From Ignavibacteriota bacterium (GTDB lineage: Bacteria; Bacteroidota; Ignavibacteria; UBA10030), in the NCBI GenBank assembly GCA_963701295.1, contig OY969585.1, positions 1 to 64,000 of the forward strand: 64,000 bases of DNA, given 5' to 3'. Below the pieces are notes generated by a model, which saw only the letters and a program-made list of their open reading frames with translations, was not told where the DNA came from and made no database searches. This document shows, piece after piece, positions 49,831 through 59,089 of the stretch. Position 1 is the first letter of the stretch. Each line of letters opens with the position of its first letter. A program made the position numbers and the translations under genes.

Positions 49831-51654
49831 ATGGAAAATTCACAGGTGCATACATTTCATATTCCCGTTTTGGGATTAGCATTTTCTATCGATACGCCTA
49901 TCCGCGTTGGACGGTTCGGCATTTCGTCGGTTATATCAATTGTCGATGACATTCTGATTGAACATATGCGGAAGCATTATGCTCACCTTCATGGAGAATC
50001 TTATATTCCAATTACTGTACGGGACGAAGATTACCGCGCACGCAGAATCACTGCCTATCTCAACCTCGTTCAGAAAATCGTTCGGAAACAAATTGCTGAC
50101 CTAAAGATTTCGGCATTTGAAAAAGGAAGTGATATTGTAAAGTATTTCGAAATGTTGTCAGAGCATTCACCGCTGAAAGCGTTGTATCATCGGATGCTCC
50201 ATACGAATGACACAGCCAAACAATCTGAATTGCAGGATGAGCTGCGGATCAAGATCGTCCCCGGTGACATCGATGTGAACATCATGACGAAACTCGACAA
50301 GGTCAATACCGGGCGGAATCAAGAGCAGCTGCCATTGGAATTCACGGATGCGCTTGCATCGTTACGCGGATTTGCACTCAGCGACCTCAATTCATCGGTT
50401 GTTCTCTCTGCAGGATTGAATCCTCGATTGTTCAGTTACATGGGACAACGTCCAGAATTTTTCCCTGATGAAAACGGCAGCCTGAGGAAAAGGGTTATCC
50501 TCAAAGTCAGCGATTATCGCTCTGCTCTTATCCAGGGAAAGATTCTTGCAAAGAAAGGAATTTGGATTTCAGAATTTCGTATTGAATCCGGATTGAATTG
50601 CGGCGGCCATGCTTTTCCCTCGCATGGATTTTTGCTCGGACCAATTCTCGAAGAATTCAAAACTCATCGTACATCACTATTGTCAGAATTAGAACAAATC
50701 TATGCAGTGGCATTACAGGAAAAAGGAATTCCTCTTCCTCCCTCTATGCCGTTTCGAATAACAGTTCAAGGCGGGATTGGCACAGCAAAGGAAGACACGT
50801 TTTTACGTGAATATTACTGTGTCGAAGGGACAGGCTGGGGATCACCGTTCCTCCTTGTCCCTGAAGCAACCAATGTGGATGAGAGAACAAGACAGATGCT
50901 TGCTCATGCCGGGAGAGAAGATTATTACATCAGCGATGCTTCACCACTTGGAGTACCATTTAACAATCTTCGAGGAAGCACGAGCGACCTGCTTCTACAA
51001 CAGCGCGCTAACGACGGAAAACCCGGAAGCAAGTGCACGAAAAAATTCCTTGTCTCTAATACAGAATTTACAACAGAGCCGATATGTACTGCATCCAGCC
51101 AATACCAGGAACTCAAGATTGACCAACTAAAAAAACAGAATCTCTCGCCACATGTCTTCTTAGAAAAACTTGCGAGAGTAGTTGAAAAGGCATGTCTCTG
51201 TGAAGATCTTGCTGCATCGGGACTCATCAATAGTAATGGGCATGGACCGGCGAAAGAACGCGCTGTTGCCGTGTGCCCTGGCCCGAATCTTGCTTACTTC
51301 TCAAAGATTGCCTCGCTGGAAGAGATGGTTGGACATATCTATGGACGCTTACAGCTTCTGACCGACCCGAATCGCCCTAACTTGTTCATCAACGAGTTGA
51401 GGTTGTATGTGGATTATATGAAACAAGAAATTCAGAAACATCTCGACTCGTGGAATGCAAAAGAACAAAAATATTTCGATACATTTCGAAAGAATCTTCA
51501 GGATGGCATCGCACATTACAAGGCCTTAATACCGAAACTAATAGAAGAGACGGACCGCTACCGAGAGACAATGCGGAATGAACTACTGGCGCTCGAACAA
51601 GAATTATTAGAAATTGTCATCCCTTCTCTTGAAGTACCTGAGTTTGCACACTAA
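49831..51654 (+). CDS. Conserved uncharacterised protein, possibly an FMN TIM-barrel oxidoreductase
   Basis: HTFHIPVLG, ESGLNCGGHAF, VQGGIGT, GWGSPFL, Cys-rich CTKKFL..CTAS..CLCEDL..CPGPN. Confidence 0.65.
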   Translation: MENSQVHTFHIPVLGLAFSIDTPIRVGRFGISSVISIVDDILIEHMRKHYAHLHGESYIPITVRDEDYRARRITAYLNLVQKIVRKQIADLKISAFEKGSDIVKYFEMLSEHSPLKALYHRMLHTNDTAKQSELQDELRIKIVPGDIDVNIMTKLDKVNTGRNQEQLPLEFTDALASLRGFALSDLNSSVVLSAGLNPRLFSYMGQRPEFFPDENGSLRKRVILKVSDYRSALIQGKILAKKGIWISEFRIESGLNCGGHAFPSHGFLLGPILEEFKTHRTSLLSELEQIYAVALQEKGIPLPPSMPFRITVQGGIGTAKEDTFLREYYCVEGTGWGSPFLLVPEATNVDERTRQMLAHAGREDYYISDASPLGVPFNNLRGSTSDLLLQQRANDGKPGSKCTKKFLVSNTEFTTEPICTASSQYQELKIDQLKKQNLSPHVFLEKLARVVEKACLCEDLAASGLINSNGHGPAKERAVAVCPGPNLAYFSKIASLEEMVGHIYGRLQLLTDPNRPNLFINELRLYVDYMKQEIQKHLDSWNAKEQKYFDTFRKNLQDGIAHYKALIPKLIEETDRYRETMRNELLALEQELLEIVIPSLEVPEFAH

Positions 51655-51917
51655 CTGCTTTTAAGTACAAAGCGGAACATATTCCCTCTACTGTTTTTCA
51701 ATCTTCGTAAGTATAGATTATTTCTTCTGATGGAAAGCTAGAAACGAGCGTACATAGTTTCACAATTTATAACCATCCATTTTTCCCATCTCGCTTTTTA
51801 GTCATTCTATGGTCTGATTGCCTTCGGACACAAATGTCGTAAAAATGACATAATAAAGGCGCAACAAGTAAAACTATCAGTTCGTATCTTTATTGTAAAT
51901 TTGAAAGGACAACTTGT

Positions 51918-52556
51918 ATGAAAAACGAATTATTAGGCAAACGGGTGAAAGAATTAAGAGTAAAGAATGCTTTTTCTCAGGAATTTTTGGCGGAGGAGTG
52001 TAAAGTAAGCTTAAGAACAATTCAGAGAATTGAAAACGGCGTCACCATTCCTCATGGATATACATTATCAAGACTGGCAATGGCACTACACGTTAGCCCA
52101 GACGAATTGGTAGACTGGTCGAAACAGGAAGACAAGGGACAATTGAATCTTCTGAACCTTTCTGCGCTCACACTCTTAATAAATCCCTTCCTGGGAACTA
52201 TCATTCCATTAGCTCTTTGGATTACCAAAAGGGACAAGATAGAACATGTGGATGAAACCGGTAAAAAACTGCTCAACTTCCAAATAACCATGCTGATCAT
52301 GATTTCATTAGTAATCATTCTCTTTGTAGTGGCAATTTTCGTTTTCAGACCAGACGAAGTTATCATTGGATCTGCAAGAAGTTGGGCAGAACACGGCGGT
52401 CATACAAGCTTTTTTACTATGGTTGCTGCCTTCATATTCCTTGGGTGTCTTGGATTGTATTATGTATATAGTATCATTATGATTGTGAAAAATTCGATTC
52501 GAATTCAAAAAGAATTGCCAGTTATTTATAAACCGACAATAAACTTTATCAAATAA
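51918..52556 (+). CDS. XRE HTH protein with DUF4870-like membrane domain
   Basis: SQEFLAEE..VSLRTIQRIENG; IIPLALW...GKKLLNFQIT. Confidence 0.88.
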   Translation: MKNELLGKRVKELRVKNAFSQEFLAEECKVSLRTIQRIENGVTIPHGYTLSRLAMALHVSPDELVDWSKQEDKGQLNLLNLSALTLLINPFLGTIIPLALWITKRDKIEHVDETGKKLLNFQITMLIMISLVIILFVVAIFVFRPDEVIIGSARSWAEHGGHTSFFTMVAAFIFLGCLGLYYVYSIIMIVKNSIRIQKELPVIYKPTINFIK

Positions 52557-52568
52557 AGGATATGAAAA

Positions 52569-54017
52569 ATGAATAAGATACGATTGTACATCCTGACGAC
52601 TGTAATCTTCACACAGATTTCTTTTGGGCAGCAGCAAAGCAATTACTCCGCGCAGCAAGTGAAAGAAGATTTCAAATACTTATATAAAACTCTCGAAGCT
52701 TCTCATTATGATCTTTACGCAAATACTAAAAAAGAAGTGTTCGATAAGGAATATGAAAGAATCACGGAATCGATTGCAGATTCACTCACACCGCTTCAAA
52801 TAGACAGACTGTTTCTACAGTTTATTGCCCTCTCAAAAGAGGGTCATTGCTCTATCGACTTACCTTTTAGCAGCTATGGCCATTACCTTCAAAATGGAGG
52901 AACATTATTTCCACTCAACGTTTTTTTTAAGAACAGCCGGGTTTTTGTCCTTGACAACTTTTCACCCGATTCTTCAATTATAGCCGGTGATGAAATTGTA
53001 TCCTTAAACGGGGAGCCAATAAATGATTTTATGAAGAATATATTCAAGTACCTCCCCGGTGAAAACGATTATTTTAAACACAACACAATTGAAGCAATCT
53101 CATTTCCCCGTGTTTTATGGATAGTAAACGATGAAAACAAAAATTATGAAGTAGGAATTAAAAAACAAGATGGAAAGCAAATACATATCAATATATCATC
53201 GATTCCAGGTTATACGTTTGAAGGAATGATGGCTAAAAGAAAACCTTTACCTTTCTCAAATCAGTCAAGAGATTTTCATTATATAGATGATATTGCATAT
53301 TTATGCCCGGGGCAATTTTATAAAGGACCAAAATTTAGCGGCGGCTCAATAAAAATAAATAGTGACGTGCTCGACAATACAGAATTCGTTCATTTCCTGG
53401 ATTCATGTTTTACCATAATTCACAATAAACACACATATAACCTGATCATTGACTTACGGGGAAATCCAGGTGGAGCTAGTACCTTTAGCAATCCTATGGT
53501 TGCCTTTTTTGCCACCAAACCGTTTATTGGCGCCTCAAAATTCTATATGAGAACCAGCGAGATTAGTAAAAATTTTTGGAAAGGTGTCAGTGATACTTCC
53601 GAACTTTCCGTGGTTAAAAAAGAAATACTGTCAAAGGAAAATGGCGTCCGGTTTGAAATCGAGGTATCTAAATACGAATATCAACCTCGTACTGATTCTT
53701 TAAAATTTAAAGGTAATGTTTATGTTTTGATAAATCGTTTTAGCGGTTCCCAGGCAATTGAAGTGCCCGCAATGATACAGCATTATGGATTTGGGAAATT
53801 AATAGGCGAACAAACTGCACCATTAACCGATGCCAATGCACGACAATTCAAACTGCCCAACACGCAATTAACAGTTATGTTTCCGGAAGCATTTTATGGT
53901 GATACTTCAATGGCAAATGGAGTTATCCCGAACTATGTAATAAACGATGATGTGTTAACTGAAAAAGATGAGATACTAGATTACACTCTGCAACTGATCA
54001 AAGAGAATAAATATTAA
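52569..54017 (+). CDS. S41 family peptidase
   Basis: Signal peptide, EDFKYL...LE..H, PDZ-like GDEIVSLNG, LIIDLRGNPGG, FKLPN. Confidence 0.88.
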   Translation: MNKIRLYILTTVIFTQISFGQQQSNYSAQQVKEDFKYLYKTLEASHYDLYANTKKEVFDKEYERITESIADSLTPLQIDRLFLQFIALSKEGHCSIDLPFSSYGHYLQNGGTLFPLNVFFKNSRVFVLDNFSPDSSIIAGDEIVSLNGEPINDFMKNIFKYLPGENDYFKHNTIEAISFPRVLWIVNDENKNYEVGIKKQDGKQIHINISSIPGYTFEGMMAKRKPLPFSNQSRDFHYIDDIAYLCPGQFYKGPKFSGGSIKINSDVLDNTEFVHFLDSCFTIIHNKHTYNLIIDLRGNPGGASTFSNPMVAFFATKPFIGASKFYMRTSEISKNFWKGVSDTSELSVVKKEILSKENGVRFEIEVSKYEYQPRTDSLKFKGNVYVLINRFSGSQAIEVPAMIQHYGFGKLIGEQTAPLTDANARQFKLPNTQLTVMFPEAFYGDTSMANGVIPNYVINDDVLTEKDEILDYTLQLIKENKY

Positions 54018-54060
54018 GGAATAACACAAAATTATTGTGTTCTTTTAAAGGTGTTCGGCT

Positions 54061-55503
54061 TTAACTGCTTTTCAGCACAAATCGGAACGTACTCCCTTCT
54101 CCCACTGTACTTTCCACAGTTACCGAGCTGCTGTGTGCTTCAATAATATGTTTGACTATTGCAAGACCGAGTCCCGTACCGCCGAGTGCGCGTGACCGGT
54201 CGCTATCGACGCGATAAAATCGTTCGAAGATTCTTGATACGTGTTCTTGCGGAATTCCCACTCCGGTATCTTTCACACCGATCTGAATTCCATTCACAAC
54301 CTTTTCAGACGAGAGAACAACCTCGCCACCCTGTTTATTATAATTGATGGCATTGGTCAGAAGATTATTGAGAACTTGCCGCAATCGTTCACGGTCTCCG
54401 AATGCTTCATCCTCTGCGGTGGTGTTTAACACTAAGCGCAGTGTAACATGATGGTTTGCAGAGATTGTTTCATATTCCTTGTAGACCGATTCCATAAATT
54501 CATTCACACGGAAAATGCGGAAACTCATTTTCATTTCACCGGATTCGATCTGAGAGATGTTAATAAGATCTTCCAACAATGAATTCAGCCGTTCAAGATT
54601 CGTTTGTGCTTTTTCTAAAAATGAGCGATTCACGGAAGCGTCATCTATCGCACCGCCAAGAAGTGTCTCCAAGTATCCTTGCACTGCAAAAATAGGCGTG
54701 CGAAGTTCGTGCGAGACATTTCCCAGAAATTGGCTTCGTACCTGTTCTAATTTTTTCAATTGGATGATATCGGCTTTGAGTTTTTCAACAAGTTCATTGA
54801 TCGCCTTTGCCGCAAGTCCGATTTCATCATTCGACTTCACTGAAAGCCGAGCATCTAAATCACCCGCGCGAACCCGCTCTACACCGCGGACTATCTGTGT
54901 CATTGGATATGTAATGCGGCGTGAAATAAATATGCTGACGAGGATAATCGCCAACAAAACTCCAAATCCAGAAACAATCACGATAGAACGAATCTGATCG
55001 ATCTGCCTTTGCACTTGTTCGTACGGCACACTCAATCTGATATAATGAAGATTCTGAAAGAGAGAATGTCTCAGAGATTTCTTTACCTCTTTTGCCATAT
55101 ACAAAAAATCGCGATCGACTGTTGCGCTGCGCCGAATGTCGTGCCCAATGCCGGTGCGTTTCGCTTGTAGTACTTCCGGACGATCTAAATGATTCTTCAC
55201 CTCTGCAATTTCCAAAAACGGGACATCGGAGTCGGCTAATACGTTTCCAAGATCATCAATGAGAGTGATACGTAAATGTTCAAGACCGCCGACTTGTTTA
55301 ACCTGTTCATCCACTTGTGAGAATGATCGTGTTGAATCTTCTTGCAGGATGTAAAAAACTAAGTCCGCCTGCCGACTCAGTTCGTTCACTAAGCGATCTT
55401 TGAAAAAAGATTCCATCCAAAAACTGGTGAGTATTCCGAGACTTGCAACTATCAACACAGCAAGCACGACATATGTCACGGTAATTTTTGTTTGTATTTT
55501 CAT
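54061..55503 (-). CDS. phoR: PhoR-like sensor histidine kinase
   Basis: RITLID..G.VLADS, NHLDRPEV, FLGNVSHELRTPIFAVQGYLETL, RIFERFYRVD..RSR..GGTGLGLAIVKH. Confidence 0.88.
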   Translation of the reverse strand: MKIQTKITVTYVVLAVLIVASLGILTSFWMESFFKDRLVNELSRQADLVFYILQEDSTRSFSQVDEQVKQVGGLEHLRITLIDDLGNVLADSDVPFLEIAEVKNHLDRPEVLQAKRTGIGHDIRRSATVDRDFLYMAKEVKKSLRHSLFQNLHYIRLSVPYEQVQRQIDQIRSIVIVSGFGVLLAIILVSIFISRRITYPMTQIVRGVERVRAGDLDARLSVKSNDEIGLAAKAINELVEKLKADIIQLKKLEQVRSQFLGNVSHELRTPIFAVQGYLETLLGGAIDDASVNRSFLEKAQTNLERLNSLLEDLINISQIESGEMKMSFRIFRVNEFMESVYKEYETISANHHVTLRLVLNTTAEDEAFGDRERLRQVLNNLLTNAINYNKQGGEVVLSSEKVVNGIQIGVKDTGVGIPQEHVSRIFERFYRVDSDRSRALGGTGLGLAIVKHIIEAHSSSVTVESTVGEGSTFRFVLKSS

Positions 55504-55506
55504 GAA

Positions 55507-56196
55507 TTATGCCTTAAATCGATACCCTACACCTGGTACAGTCTCAATATAATCAGCATACGTATTAAGTTTTTCCCTGATCTTTCGAATATGTACATCG
55601 ACCGTTCTATCCACAACATGAACATTCTCTCCCCAGACTGCATTCAGAATGGATTCCCGTGAAAGCACTCTGCCCTTATTGCGAATGAGATGTACAAGCG
55701 TTTCAAATTCTTTCCTCGGGAGTATGAGCTTTTGTTTTCCAAGATGCGCTGTGTAACTGGAAACGTTAATTTCTAATTCCTTTATTTTGATCAGATCGAC
55801 TTGAGGCATTACTTCTTTTGCGGATTGTTCTTTCCGCCGAAGTGCGGCGTGTACTCGAGCAACGATCTTGCCAATTTTTACAGGTTTTACAATATAGTCA
55901 TCTGCCCCCACTTCCAGTCCGACTATTTCATCGGTCTCCGATCCTTTTGCTGTGAGCAAAATGACTGGAATGGAAGCGATGCTTTTCTCCTTTCTTAGTT
56001 CTTGGATCACCTGCAGCCCATTCATCTCAGGCATCATCACATCCAGTATAATCAAGTCTGGTTTCTGCCGAGCGCGGTCAAGGGCATCGCGCCCGTTGCG
56101 GGCTGTAATTACCGAAAATCCTTCCTTAGTAAGATTATAGGATAAGAGGTCGACAATGTCTTTTTCGTCATCAACAACAAGTATAGTTTTTTTCAT
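55507..56196 (-). CDS. phoB: PhoB/PhoP-family response regulator (copy 1)
   Basis: REC plus winged helix, DRTVDVHIRKIREKL, IETVPGVGYRF; coupled to phoR. Confidence 0.88.
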   Translation of the reverse strand: MKKTILVVDDEKDIVDLLSYNLTKEGFSVITARNGRDALDRARQKPDLIILDVMMPEMNGLQVIQELRKEKSIASIPVILLTAKGSETDEIVGLEVGADDYIVKPVKIGKIVARVHAALRRKEQSAKEVMPQVDLIKIKELEINVSSYTAHLGKQKLILPRKEFETLVHLIRNKGRVLSRESILNAVWGENVHVVDRTVDVHIRKIREKLNTYADYIETVPGVGYRFKA

Positions 56197-56230
56197 AAGG
56201 GATATCAGCCCGGCTTATTGTACCACCTCT

Positions 56231-56259
56231 AATATAGAGGACGAAGTAATCTATTTCAA
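56231..56259 (-). promoter_or_regulatory. Sigma70-type promoter of phoB-phoR
   Basis: TTGAAA-17 bp-TATATT. Confidence 0.6.
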
Positions 56260-56386
56260 GTTACAATATCTTTATAAGATGTAAAAAATCAATCATCCTT
56301 GCGGGTTGAGAACGTGAATCGTAAATTGTAAATAAGCGAATTCTAAGCATCTACTTGAGATTAGCACTACATAAAGGAAATCACTT

Positions 56387-58909
56387 ATGAAACATCGATT
56401 TCTCTTCCTTTCTCTCATCTTTTTTATCTTTCAACCAACACGAGCTCAAACGACAGATCCGCGCGATGCCGCCGAAATCAGACTCGCCTTGAAAAAACTC
56501 ACCGTGTTAGGATCTATTCTTTACATCGCCGCCCACCCTGATGATGAGAATACAGCGTTACTTGCTACTCTGGTACAGGATCGGTGCTACCGAACCGCTT
56601 ATTTATCAATTACTCGGGGTGAAGGAGGTCAAAATATTCTTGGTTCTGAGCAGGGAGAAATGTTAGGATTAATTCGAACACAAGAATTGCTTGCTGCGCG
56701 AAGAATCGACGGTGCCGAACAATACTTCACAAGTGCAATTGACTTCGGTTTCTCCAAAACCTCTGAAGAGACCCTTCGCTTCTGGGGAAAAGAAAAAACT
56801 CTTGCCGATGTGGTCTGGGTCATTCGCAAGTTCAGGCCTGACGTCATCATTACACGTTTCACGCCGATATTAGGAGGGCACGGAAATCACACAGCTTCTG
56901 CAATACTTGCGGAAGAAGCATTTCGTGCTGCGGCAGATCCATCTCGTTTCCCAGAACAGTTACAATATGTTGCACCATGGCAAGCGAAAAGAATTCTTTT
57001 CAATATATTCCGCCAACCGCAGAGTGACCAAAATCCAAAAACCGCGCCTCTTGTAACTTTGGACGTTGGAGCGTATTCACCTTTGCTCGGAAAATCATTT
57101 ACAGAAATTGCCGGCGAAAGTCGGAGCATGCATAAAAGTCAAGGAATGGGCGCAAGCCAGAATCGTGGTGAGTCTCTCAATTACTTTCAACACATTGCTG
57201 GGGATACAGCAAAGAAAGATCTTTTCGATGGAATCGATATTGGATGGTCAAGAATTAAAAACGCTACTAGCGTTGGAAAAATTCTTGATGAAACATATCG
57301 GACGTTTGACGATGTAACACCCGCTCGATCTATCCCGCTGCTTTTCAAAGCGTTGAATCAACTTAATGCAATTGCACAAGATTCATGGGTCAATATTAAA
57401 AAAGAAGAATTAATTCGTACGATTCTTGCATGCGCCGGACTATGGATTGACGCAACGACCGCCGATAATTCCGCAATTCCAGGAAGTGAAATAAAAATCA
57501 GCACAACAATCATCAACCGATCAGATTATCCACTTGTTCTTGATCGTATAACGCTTCCTTTTGGTGGAACCGACACATTATTCCATCTGCAACTTGTAAC
57601 AAATCAACCTGTTCGTTCAAACTTTACAGTGCTATTGCCTGAACAAATGGACTATTCTCAACCATACTGGTTGATCGATAAGCCTAACGTCGGTTCATAT
57701 AATATTTCTGACAAAAAACTGATTGGACAGCCAGAGAACACGCCTCCTATCAATGTCACTATCCAGCTCTCTTCATCGGATGGTACCTTAAAAGTCGATT
57801 TACCGTTGCGCCAGAGAGTCATAGATCCAGTAGACGGAGAGCTGCTGTGTCCCTTTGTCATTGTTCCGCCAATTACAGTCAATGTACCGGAGTTAGTTGT
57901 TCTTTTCCCGGATACATCGGAACGACGAATATATGTAACTCTCAAGAGCGAAATACCAAATACGCACGGTACAGTTCGATTGAAATTACCGGAATATTGG
58001 AGTGTTGCACCATTGCAATCTGAGTTTGAATTTCAGAATAAAGATGACGAGCAAACTTTCTCCTTCGACGCGCGTCCACTCAAAGGTGCAAAGAGCGGTA
58101 CATTCATTGCGGAAGCCAAGGTCGGAAAAACAATCATTAACCGTGGTCTGCAAACCACGCAATATAAACACATCCCGCCACAGACAATATTTTCACCTGC
58201 AGAAGGTAAACTTTTAAGAGTCGATCTAAAAATAATTGGGCAATCTGTTGGATACATTATGGGAGCGGGAGATGAAATGCCTTCTGCAATCCGACAAATG
58301 GGATATTCGGTTGTCCTTCTTTCGGATGAGGATCTTGCAGAAGGGGACCTTGACCAATACAATGTTATTGTTGCAGGAGTGAGAGCGTACAACACACGAC
58401 CAAAGCTTCGAATTCACAAACAACGTTTGATGGAGTATGTAAAACGTGGAGGAACATATATTGTCCAGTATGTCACTCTGCAAAGAAGTGAATCAGAAAA
58501 TATCGGACCGTATCCAATGAATATCTCGCGCGACCGGGTTGCAGAAGAAGACGCTCAAATCACTTTCTTGAATCGAAACCATAGAGTAGTCACAACGCCC
58601 AACAGGATTCATGAGGATGACTTCAAAAACTGGATTCAGGAACGAGGTCTTTATTTTGCAGATCGCTGGGATGCAAAGTATGACTCTGTGTTCAGTTGCC
58701 ATGATGCAAACGAACCGGATCGAGCAGGTGGTTTGCTGACAACTCAATATGGAAAAGGATACTACATATATTGCGCGTACGCATTCTTCCGACAATTGCC
58801 TGCAGGCGTGGAAGGTGCTTACCGTTTATTTGCCAATATTCTCTCACTGCAAGCTGATCATCAGCGAAGTCCTTTAGCCAAACCAGGATCAAATTATCGT
58901 CGAAAGTAG
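56387..58909 (+). CDS. Exported PIG-L/LmbE family deacetylase with C-terminal GATase-like domain
   Basis: AAHPDDEN, TRGEGGQN, RTQELLAARRIDG, DFGFSK, GHGNH. Confidence 0.9.
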   Translation: MKHRFLFLSLIFFIFQPTRAQTTDPRDAAEIRLALKKLTVLGSILYIAAHPDDENTALLATLVQDRCYRTAYLSITRGEGGQNILGSEQGEMLGLIRTQELLAARRIDGAEQYFTSAIDFGFSKTSEETLRFWGKEKTLADVVWVIRKFRPDVIITRFTPILGGHGNHTASAILAEEAFRAAADPSRFPEQLQYVAPWQAKRILFNIFRQPQSDQNPKTAPLVTLDVGAYSPLLGKSFTEIAGESRSMHKSQGMGASQNRGESLNYFQHIAGDTAKKDLFDGIDIGWSRIKNATSVGKILDETYRTFDDVTPARSIPLLFKALNQLNAIAQDSWVNIKKEELIRTILACAGLWIDATTADNSAIPGSEIKISTTIINRSDYPLVLDRITLPFGGTDTLFHLQLVTNQPVRSNFTVLLPEQMDYSQPYWLIDKPNVGSYNISDKKLIGQPENTPPINVTIQLSSSDGTLKVDLPLRQRVIDPVDGELLCPFVIVPPITVNVPELVVLFPDTSERRIYVTLKSEIPNTHGTVRLKLPEYWSVAPLQSEFEFQNKDDEQTFSFDARPLKGAKSGTFIAEAKVGKTIINRGLQTTQYKHIPPQTIFSPAEGKLLRVDLKIIGQSVGYIMGAGDEMPSAIRQMGYSVVLLSDEDLAEGDLDQYNVIVAGVRAYNTRPKLRIHKQRLMEYVKRGGTYIVQYVTLQRSESENIGPYPMNISRDRVAEEDAQITFLNRNHRVVTTPNRIHEDDFKNWIQERGLYFADRWDAKYDSVFSCHDANEPDRAGGLLTTQYGKGYYIYCAYAFFRQLPAGVEGAYRLFANILSLQADHQRSPLAKPGSNYRRK

Positions 58910-58921
58910 ATATTCAAGGCA

Positions 58922-59089
58922 ATGCATCAAGAGCAAAACAAAAAACCAGATCAATTGAATTCTGAGGATGGCAACACTAACGAGAAGCCGCCCATCCTCG
59001 GTTCATGGAAAAACATTTATCTCGTTGTTCTTCTTAGTCTAACTGCCATAATCATTTTTCTATATTTCTTTTCTGAAGCGTTTCAATGA
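58922..59089 (+). CDS. Small single-TM protein coupled to the sodium:solute symporter (55 aa)
   Basis: MHQEQ...EKPPILGSWKNIYLVVLLSLTAIIIFLYFFSEAFQ*; ATGA overlap with symporter start; below the ORF-track length cutoff. Confidence 0.8.
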   Translation: MHQEQNKKPDQLNSEDGNTNEKPPILGSWKNIYLVVLLSLTAIIIFLYFFSEAFQ

